Below, in pieces: positions 56,748 through 64,000 of a stretch of 64,000 bases of DNA. The translations under genes and the position numbers were made by a program. The notes under the pieces are model-generated. The model ran no database searches and was not told where the DNA came from. It saw nothing but the letters and a program-made list of their open reading frames with translations. Every line of letters starts with the position of its first letter. Position 1 is the first letter of the stretch. The DNA is from an uncultured Saprospiraceae bacterium (GTDB lineage: Bacteria > Bacteroidota > Bacteroidia > Chitinophagales > Saprospiraceae), in the NCBI GenBank assembly GCA_965652315.1, contig CBFGVZ010000001.1:2147-66146 (forward strand), given 5' to 3'.

Positions 56748-57308
56748 AAATACCAATTCCTTCTGCCGTGCGGAATAAAAGGCCACCAGGGAAGGGAGTG
56801 CTTCGTCCGGGCTCACATCCGGTTTCCAGGATACGATATGGTCCACATTCTCACGGATAGCACAATGGATATCCTCATAAGACCTGGGATAATCCTGGTT
56901 GCTTATGTTCGCCGAAGTGCTGACCAGAGGGTGATCCAGTTCTTCGATGACTTTTCGGCAGAATTCATTCCTGACTACCCGAATGGCGATCGAGCCATTC
57001 TCAGCGGTGATACCTTCTGCCCAGCGGACGGTGGAGCGCGGAAAAATTATGGTCAGCGGTCGCTCGTTGTAATACAGGATATTTTCGAGATGGGGGTGGA
57101 TTTTGGGAACCAGTGTGCGCAACCGCTCGATAGAATCGACCAGCAGGATTAAAGGTTTCGATTTATCCCGTTTTTTGATCTGGAAAATGCGGTCAACAGC
57201 TTCTTGATTATTGGGATCGCAGCCAAGTCCCCAGATCGTATCAGTAGGGTATAGGATTACATGCCCTTGTTTCAAATGTTCTACAGCGGTTCGTACTTCT
57301 TCGTTCAT
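56736..57308 (-). CDS. tsaC: L-threonylcarbamoyladenylate synthase (Sua5/YrdC/TsaC)
   Basis: YPTDTIWGLGCD, IK.R...KPL and LVSTSANIS motifs; likely start ATG 57308; 12-nt tail-to-tail overlap with the 55800 gene. Confidence 0.92.
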   Translation of the reverse strand: MNEEVRTAVEHLKQGHVILYPTDTIWGLGCDPNNQEAVDRIFQIKKRDKSKPLILLVDSIERLRTLVPKIHPHLENILYYNERPLTIIFPRSTVRWAEGITAENGSIAIRVVRNEFCRKVIEELDHPLVSTSANISNQDYPRSYEDIHCAIRENVDHIVSWKPDVSPDEALPSLVAFYSARQKELVFLRQ

Positions 57309-57401
57309 ACCAAACATCAGATAGTGAAATAACAATGTCAGAAACGAAAATTCCAGTGGATAATTACAACCATTTACAAATTTTCTGTTATTTTACTTTC
57401 G

Positions 57402-59654
57402 ATGAAAGGGCAGTGGATCATTTTGTGTATTTTGTTTCTGGGAATATCAGTGCAGGAACTCCAGGCCAAACATATCATAGGCGGCGATGTGACCTATGAA
57501 TGTCTGGGCAATGGCCGATATAAGGTCACGATGTTTATTTACCGGGATTGCCGGCCGCAGGCGCAGGCTGCCCAATTGGATGGGGATGCGTCTATCGCCA
57601 TATATCTGGGCGGGAGCAGTTATCGGCTGGTCAGCGCATTTCAGGTTAACCTCGCAAACAGGGATTTTATCGATCCTCCGGAATACCCCTGTCTGATCCT
57701 ACCTCCGGGGTTGTGTGTGGAACGGGGACTGTACGAATTTGAGATTGATTTCAATTCGTGGCCGGCGGCAGAAAGTTACTACATCGTTTATCAGCGATGT
57801 TGCCGTAATAATACTATTTCCAATATCGTGGATCCAGGAGACATCGGTGCTACTTATTTTGTGGAACTGACGCCGGAATCGATGGAAACCTGCAACAATA
57901 GCCCGACATTCAGAAATTTTCCGCCCACAGTGGTGTGTGTGGATCAGGAATTTGAATTCGATCATTCGGTAGAGGATGCTGAAGGGGATTCTATAGTATA
58001 CAGGTTCGGTACACCACTCGAAGGGGGGGGATTGGCCGGAAGTTCGTTTACCAGTCCGGGCGATCCAACTTCCTGTAGCGGGGTAAAACCCACGCCCCCC
58101 TGTCCCCCGCCATTTAAAAAGGTAGAATTTCGTTCTCCATTATATTCACAGGAGAATCCTATGGGAGGCGATCCGCAGATTTCGATTGATCCGCAGACCG
58201 GGTTGATCACGGGGCGGCCGATGATCCAGGGACAATTTGTAATTACTGTGGTGGCTGAAGAATACCGCAACGGAGAAAAAATAGGGGAGATCAACCGTGA
58301 TTTTCAATTTAACGTAGCTCAGTGTGACCCCACGGTCTTTGCCCGGATAGAATCTGCCTTGTTGATCGATGAATCCAATGCGGTCCTGCGGTCCTGCGGG
58401 GAGTTTACGGTACCTTTCAGGGATTCCAGTTATGAAGAGCGATTCATTGAAACCTATAAATGGACATTTGATATTGATGGGAAGGAGGAAGTGTTTCGGG
58501 AAAAAAATGTGGAAGTGACTTTTCCCCGCCTGGGCAATTATACCGGGCAGCTCATAGTCAATGAGGGGACGGCCTGTAGTGACAGTACCGATATCACCAT
58601 TTCGGTCCTACCTGATATCGGTGCAGAATTTGATTTTGAGTATGATACCTGTATAGCCGGGGATGTGGAATTTTCAAATGCTTCCTTTTCCGATGCCAGA
58701 GGGGGCATCACAGAGTATATATGGGATTTTGGGGATGGGAATGGTTCTTCGTCCCCTACTCCCTCGCATGCGTATCAATCCTCCGGAATTTGGGATGTCA
58801 GTCTGACCGTGGTCGATGGCAATGAGTGCCGGGAAACTGTGCAACGGCAGATTTCTTATTTCCCCGTACCTCCGGAAGAAGTGATCCGTTCACAGATTGA
58901 AATTGGTTGTCTGCCTGCTTCCGTACTTTTTGAAAATTTACCCCCACCGATTGATCCCAATTACGACATTACCTGGGATTTTGGAGATGGAAATACCGGA
59001 ACGGGTTATCTGCCGGTACATACCTATACAGAGGAAGGGGAGTATGATGTAGGGGTTCACGTGATCTCTCCGATTGGGTGTGAAGTTTCTGCTTTTTTTC
59101 CACGGATGATTACCACCCAGCCCTCGCCCGTGGCAGATTTTGACTATAACCCGGTACGTCCAACCAATCTGGATAAAATGGTCACCTTTAACAATAAATC
59201 AGAAGCAGCGGTGGCTTATTCCTGGGAAATCGAACGATTGGGAATATATTCCACAAAAGATCTGGTGATCAATTTTCCGGATTCAGGGATATACAATGTG
59301 GCTCTGATAGCTATTCACGAGAACGGGTGTATGGATACCCTGGTGCAGCCTGTAGATATCGAACCGATAGTGTTGTATACTTTGCCCAATGCCTTTTCTC
59401 CGAATGGAGACCATACCAATGATGTATTCGAAGGCATCGGTGTTTTTATCGGAATGAAGGATTTTCGAATGGAGGTTTTCGATCGATGGGGTAATATGGT
59501 GTTTACGAGTTCTGATCCGCACCTTGGCTGGGATGGGCGGATTATCACCTCCGATATTATGGCGCCACCTGGGGTCTATGTGTATCAGGTGAATTATCTG
59601 GATGCCCGCAACCGCCCCAAGCAGGTGTATGGCGAAGTTTTATTAATAAAATAG
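57402..59654 (+). CDS. PKD-repeat T9SS substrate with type B (gliding-motility-associated) C-terminal domain
   Basis: Signal peptide; several WDFGDG PKD repeats; C-terminal PNAFSPNGD.TND...FDRWG...WDG...GVYVY. Confidence 0.92.
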   Translation: MKGQWIILCILFLGISVQELQAKHIIGGDVTYECLGNGRYKVTMFIYRDCRPQAQAAQLDGDASIAIYLGGSSYRLVSAFQVNLANRDFIDPPEYPCLILPPGLCVERGLYEFEIDFNSWPAAESYYIVYQRCCRNNTISNIVDPGDIGATYFVELTPESMETCNNSPTFRNFPPTVVCVDQEFEFDHSVEDAEGDSIVYRFGTPLEGGGLAGSSFTSPGDPTSCSGVKPTPPCPPPFKKVEFRSPLYSQENPMGGDPQISIDPQTGLITGRPMIQGQFVITVVAEEYRNGEKIGEINRDFQFNVAQCDPTVFARIESALLIDESNAVLRSCGEFTVPFRDSSYEERFIETYKWTFDIDGKEEVFREKNVEVTFPRLGNYTGQLIVNEGTACSDSTDITISVLPDIGAEFDFEYDTCIAGDVEFSNASFSDARGGITEYIWDFGDGNGSSSPTPSHAYQSSGIWDVSLTVVDGNECRETVQRQISYFPVPPEEVIRSQIEIGCLPASVLFENLPPPIDPNYDITWDFGDGNTGTGYLPVHTYTEEGEYDVGVHVISPIGCEVSAFFPRMITTQPSPVADFDYNPVRPTNLDKMVTFNNKSEAAVAYSWEIERLGIYSTKDLVINFPDSGIYNVALIAIHENGCMDTLVQPVDIEPIVLYTLPNAFSPNGDHTNDVFEGIGVFIGMKDFRMEVFDRWGNMVFTSSDPHLGWDGRIITSDIMAPPGVYVYQVNYLDARNRPKQVYGEVLLIK

Positions 59655-59685
59655 AATTGGTGTTGGGAGATTCAAAAATAAAATT

Positions 59686-59693
59686 TATCTTTG
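59686..59693 (+). promoter_or_regulatory. Bacteroidota -7 promoter box for rplS
   Basis: TATCTTTG followed by CA, with a TTG-like -33 element about 20 nt upstream. Confidence 0.7.
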
Positions 59694-59750
59694 CACCCGC
59701 AATGCCGGAATTGGTTCCGGTACTATTGATCAAATACTAATCTTACTGCA

Positions 59751-60104
59751 ATGGACGCGATCAAATTTGTTCAGGAACAGAATTATGAAAACCGGGAATT
59801 TCCGGTATTTAAGGCGGGAGACACGATTGAGGTAGTGTACAATATAGTGGAAGGTGGTAAAAAAAGGCCGCAGGCTTTCCGTGGAGATGTCATCAAAGTA
59901 GTAGGAAGTGGTCAATACAAAACCTTTACCATCCGCAAGATTTCCAATGGGGTGGGCGTGGAAAGAATTTTTCCGTTCAACACCCCCAATATCATCGAAA
60001 TCAAATTGCTGAAAAAAGGCCGAGTTCGCCGTTCACGTATCTATTACCTGCGTAACCTGGTAGGTAAAAAAGCCAAAATCAAAGAAAGAAGAACTTACAA
60101 GTAA
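59751..60104 (+). CDS. rplS: 50S ribosomal protein L19
   Basis: FKAGDTI.V, TFTIRKIS.GVGVERIFP and GRVRRSRIYYLR motifs. Confidence 0.98.
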   Translation: MDAIKFVQEQNYENREFPVFKAGDTIEVVYNIVEGGKKRPQAFRGDVIKVVGSGQYKTFTIRKISNGVGVERIFPFNTPNIIEIKLLKKGRVRRSRIYYLRNLVGKKAKIKERRTYK

Positions 60105-60586
60105 CATCCTGATCTGGTCTGTATCATTGAAGTCAGGCTACTCCAGGTATTGGTCCCCTCTTTTGGTTTTGTTTCTACACGATATCTTCCTGAATATATC
60201 GGCCGGACGCCATCGCCGTTTCACCAGACTATTGGTTGCATACGCTTCGTGATGGACCATACAAGTGAACAGATGATCCCGTTGTATAGTCAACCTTTTT
60301 AATACCCCTAAAGGTGGTTTTCTGATATTTTCTATACGGTCTGGCGATCTTGCCTTTTAACCCCGAAAATTCATAAAATTTTCCGGGTTATAAGTAACCG
60401 TATACGGGAAAGCTACTCGATCGGTCCCGAAAGTTTTCGGTGTTGAGGGAACGGGTAGGTAACGAACCGCTCTACTCGGAATTTGTTATTCCCTCTATAC
60501 CATTTCCTACGATTTTTTAATAATAATAGAAGAAATTAAATAGTGGCGTTGAGGCAGAGACAGACCTATTCCTATAGAATGAATTC

Positions 60587-63500
60587 CTAATCCCTCACCA
60601 AAACCATTTTCTTCGTGGCTGTAAACCGCTCCGTATCCAACTGATAATACAACACACCGCTTGCATTCAGATCCGATGCCTTTAACTGTACTTCGTTGTA
60701 ACCTTGATTAAAATCCCCTTCGATGCGCTGTATCAGTCGGCCGGTTAGGTCATAAATCGTCAACCGGGCAGTTGTCTGCTCCGGAAGATTGAAGCCAATG
60801 ATCGTGTATCTCTCGTAGGGGTTCGGATAATTTTGGTACAAAATGAAACCCCGATGGTCCACTTTCCTGTTCACCACAACCTTCGTACCATTCACTCCAC
60901 TGCCAACGGTCTGCGTGATCGCACCACAGGACGGATCGATCACAGCGATCACTTGCTGTGTAACTGTGAATTCCCGGTTGGTCGAGGTCAGATCGGCACA
61001 CCAGTCGATTGCAGTCCATTCGATCTCATATTTCACCATGCCTTCTACGCCAACTTCGTTCAGTTCTTTGATGGTAGAACCTATGGCAATTGAATTGCAC
61101 AATTGCCCGACCAGATGATCTTTGACCGTCAGCACACCTACCGAAGCAGGCAGATCGGAATTGGACAATCCCCCCGATAGCAATCGAGGCAGGCAGATCG
61201 GGGCCTCCTTTGTACCCACATTGGCTGGTATATCAAACATACTTTCGTGCATTCCGCAGGCAGATTCTATGGTAATGACCTGCTCCGCTTCATATGAAGA
61301 AGCAGGCGCTCCGCATCCGCTGGAAATAAAGAACCGTCGGATAATCTTACCTTGCCCGCAATCGTTCAGATCTACCCACACATCCTGCGTGATGTTGCTG
61401 CCACAATTGCTGCCGATGATCCCGTTGTTTGCTGTAATTACAGCGGTATCCAGGTAGGTGGTTTTGGTCACTTCTGTAACCCAATCGATCGTAGTGCTAT
61501 CGTGGTTGTAAACCCCGACTTTCTTTTCTTCGGATCTTTGGACACAAGATACATTCCAGTAATTAAAGCTTAGGTCGCTTTCAGGCAACAGATTGCCATC
61601 GGTATCGATCGGTCGGTCCCGACTATCCAGCCAGGTAGCGATGTAAGAACCAAAAGCACCGTCCAGAGCTGAAAATACTCCCAGGGAATCTGCTCCGCTT
61701 GCACCTGCTCCAAAAGCAGCTGCTGCATCAACAAAATCTTTGTAGAAATTATTGTAAGCTTCGCAGGAAATGACGAGGTCAGGTAATCGTTTTACCAGGC
61801 GGGTATTATATTTGTCTTCCACGTGGATGTTGGTCCATTGGGTACTCCAATTGCAGCAGTTATCCAGCACCAGCAATTCACCGGTAACTACTTCACAAAT
61901 ATCCTCACATTTTACCGGGACTTTTTTGGCCCAGCCGCCGCCCAGCAGCGCGAGTTCGTTGCCAAAACCCGGCTGGTCGAATCGTTCGTCGATCAGTGGT
62001 TCCAGATCCTTCAGCCGAGGTACGTTGCCATGTTCATCCGCCGTGGAACAGTTTTTACCGATATACGCGGCCAACGCAAAAAGCCAGGCGCGAACTACTT
62101 TCTCACCGCAATTGGAGCCATCTTCGTACAACCAGACGATCTGATCGTAGAAATAATCTTCCACTTCGTCATCGCTCAATAGCGATCTCAGGAAAGTGAA
62201 ATCTGGTCCGGTATCCCCAGGCTGTAAGCCCAGGTCTGCCAGGATAGCATCCCAGGTAGTGTAGGATTCCGTGATATTTTCGCAGATCGAGACGCAGTTG
62301 ATCCAATCGGTACGACGCCCCAGCATCAGATCAATGCCACAGTTATCCCAGCTCCCTTCATCTATATTTGCAGCTTTTACCCAGGCGTAATTATGCTCCA
62401 GGCTCACATTGATATTCCGGTCGGTGATCACGATAGGCGGTGTGTAATCCACTATTTTGATGTATTTATACCATGTGCTCTGGTTCCAACAATTATCTGC
62501 TGCTTCATAACGCACTTTCATAAACTCTCCATCACAGCCACTGAAGGGAATCCGAATTGGGTTCGTCAAATGAGAATAGGTATAGACAAAGCAAGTATCG
62601 CCATTTTCCATAATCCGGTGCTCTACCCCGTTCTGCACAAGTTCCACCGAACGGATTCCGCCCTGCATTTCCACCATCGCCTTCACGGAATGCACGCCAC
62701 TACAATTATCGATCACCTGCACATCTGGAATGAATACATCCGCTACGCAGTCGTGGGAACCGACCTGGTAGGTCGTATGATTAAAAAGTTCCCAAAAATC
62801 CGGTATAAAATGGAATGCACCTTCCCGGACGGATGCACTGATCGATGCGTTTATTAAATCAGTGGTAAAATCTGTGCCATCATCAAATAAATCAAATAGC
62901 GTTTCCTCTACCAGGGAAATTTCATTAAAATCTGCCATTTCTTCCAGTATACGCCGGAATTCTATATAGGACGAAGAATACGGAAAACAGAAATCAAAGA
63001 TCGGCCCGATCTCGTCTATTACTGTCTGCCACTGGCTTAGATGGATGGAAATCTCTTTGTCCGAACAGTCGTAACCCACGATCAGGTCACCTGCTTCCGG
63101 ATTAAAAAATGCGAGCTGTTGTTCACAGTTCAGGTAGCCCTCTTCCTGAAGGCATGTATTTGGCGACCGGGACCAACAGGTCTGCGTGATCCGACTATCC
63201 ACGCCCCTGGTCCGGGGACAGGAGCCTTGCCATCCGGAATCATCCACCCTCTCCACTGTGATGCCACAATGCATACCCTCGGGCAGGCTGATGATTTCGC
63301 AAATATCCGAAAATCCACCCGCTTCTACACTCAGTAGAGGTACTCTGACTTTAATAACCTCCAGTTCATCTATATCCGCTCCATCACAGAACGAAAAGCA
63401 ATCTTCACCGCCGTAGATCGATGGCCAGCCCCCCGCAAACCAGTACGGACTGTTCCCGTTTCCATTGTAAAACCAGTCCGCGGTTACTTTTTCAAAATTT

Positions 63501-64000
63501 CCATCTTCGGACAAGATCCAGTCCCCTTCCTGTAAGAGCAGGTAGGGGTAAAATTCGTATTCAACTTCCGCGACGAAAACCAGTGGGTTTTCATTGTGCC
63601 CGATTAGTGTCTGTAGGAAGACCGACCCAAGCTGAGAAGGGTTAGCATTCGCCACTAGTTCATTCGCGTAGTCACCGCTGATGATATCCCTGATCGTCAC
63701 CACGTCACCATTGGCTTTGCGCAGGATTTCGCATTCCAGGTATTCCAGATACACCGTCGGACCTTGTTTGAATGCATTGGCCAGGCTGACCAATATGATG
63801 GTGGCCGGGATCTCATAGGTCACGCCCTGAAGACCCGTATGGGGCCGCTCATATTCGTGCAGCCCTACCGGCTGTTTCCAGGAATCGAAGCGTTTGAACG
63901 GTTCAACGGTTCTGGTCTCCACGATGAGATCACATTCATATACTTCTTCTGCTTCGCCTACAAAAGCACCCGGCGTCAATTTTGGCAAACGAAACACCAC
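60587..64000 (-). CDS. Large Cys-rich secreted protein with T9SS type A C-terminal domain; 5' end lies outside the window
   Basis: Open frame to the window edge; repeated DNC/HYR-like modules; C-terminal LYQNYPNPY...IYDLTGR...GVLYYQL...TKKMVL. Confidence 0.9.
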   Translation of the reverse strand: MVFRLPKLTPGAFVGEAEEVYECDLIVETRTVEPFKRFDSWKQPVGLHEYERPHTGLQGVTYEIPATIILVSLANAFKQGPTVYLEYLECEILRKANGDVVTIRDIISGDYANELVANANPSQLGSVFLQTLIGHNENPLVFVAEVEYEFYPYLLLQEGDWILSEDGNFEKVTADWFYNGNGNSPYWFAGGWPSIYGGEDCFSFCDGADIDELEVIKVRVPLLSVEAGGFSDICEIISLPEGMHCGITVERVDDSGWQGSCPRTRGVDSRITQTCWSRSPNTCLQEEGYLNCEQQLAFFNPEAGDLIVGYDCSDKEISIHLSQWQTVIDEIGPIFDFCFPYSSSYIEFRRILEEMADFNEISLVEETLFDLFDDGTDFTTDLINASISASVREGAFHFIPDFWELFNHTTYQVGSHDCVADVFIPDVQVIDNCSGVHSVKAMVEMQGGIRSVELVQNGVEHRIMENGDTCFVYTYSHLTNPIRIPFSGCDGEFMKVRYEAADNCWNQSTWYKYIKIVDYTPPIVITDRNINVSLEHNYAWVKAANIDEGSWDNCGIDLMLGRRTDWINCVSICENITESYTTWDAILADLGLQPGDTGPDFTFLRSLLSDDEVEDYFYDQIVWLYEDGSNCGEKVVRAWLFALAAYIGKNCSTADEHGNVPRLKDLEPLIDERFDQPGFGNELALLGGGWAKKVPVKCEDICEVVTGELLVLDNCCNWSTQWTNIHVEDKYNTRLVKRLPDLVISCEAYNNFYKDFVDAAAAFGAGASGADSLGVFSALDGAFGSYIATWLDSRDRPIDTDGNLLPESDLSFNYWNVSCVQRSEEKKVGVYNHDSTTIDWVTEVTKTTYLDTAVITANNGIIGSNCGSNITQDVWVDLNDCGQGKIIRRFFISSGCGAPASSYEAEQVITIESACGMHESMFDIPANVGTKEAPICLPRLLSGGLSNSDLPASVGVLTVKDHLVGQLCNSIAIGSTIKELNEVGVEGMVKYEIEWTAIDWCADLTSTNREFTVTQQVIAVIDPSCGAITQTVGSGVNGTKVVVNRKVDHRGFILYQNYPNPYERYTIIGFNLPEQTTARLTIYDLTGRLIQRIEGDFNQGYNEVQLKASDLNASGVLYYQLDTERFTATKKMVLVRD

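Noticed and set aside
58023-58030. G8 tract in the PKD gene (also G8 at 11127-11134 and A9 at 41032-41040) as phase-variation switches
   Set aside because: All are in frame, encode ordinary Gly or Lys runs, and are about what chance predicts in 64 kb.
1-64000. tRNA, rRNA, CRISPR arrays, IS elements, prophage genes
   Set aside because: No T-loop/cloverleaf in intergenic DNA, no repeat-spacer pattern, and no transposase, integrase or phage ORFs were seen by eye.

Overview
Core-genome-like window from a Bacteroidota bacterium; TAnnTTTG -7 promoter boxes and type IX secretion (T9SS) cargo support the phylum, and a Saprospirales-like lineage is only a guess. It holds about 47 CDSs, mostly housekeeping: miaA, proC, mutS, purB, ppk1, purK/purE, pyrC, ribH, pdhA, recF with DUF721, recQ, smc, tsaC and rplS. 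It also carries a sodium:solute symporter with its DUF4212 small subunit, TolC, MATE, GH20, an S8 peptidase and two T9SS substrates. I found no tRNA, rRNA, CRISPR array or IS element. The best candidate for an undescribed system is the translationally coupled SatD + DUF3307 pair (2481-3922). SatD keeps the motif order and both metal-binding Asp of class III nucleotide cyclases and has a C-terminal HTH. DUF3307 is a multi-TM protein with four His/Asp motifs. The promoter carries three palindromic boxes (TATARG-N8-CYTATA) at an exact 29-bp period. The second most notable item is an apparently catalytically dead S41/CtpA protease homolog (55800-56747). All family assignments are by motif recognition, not database search.
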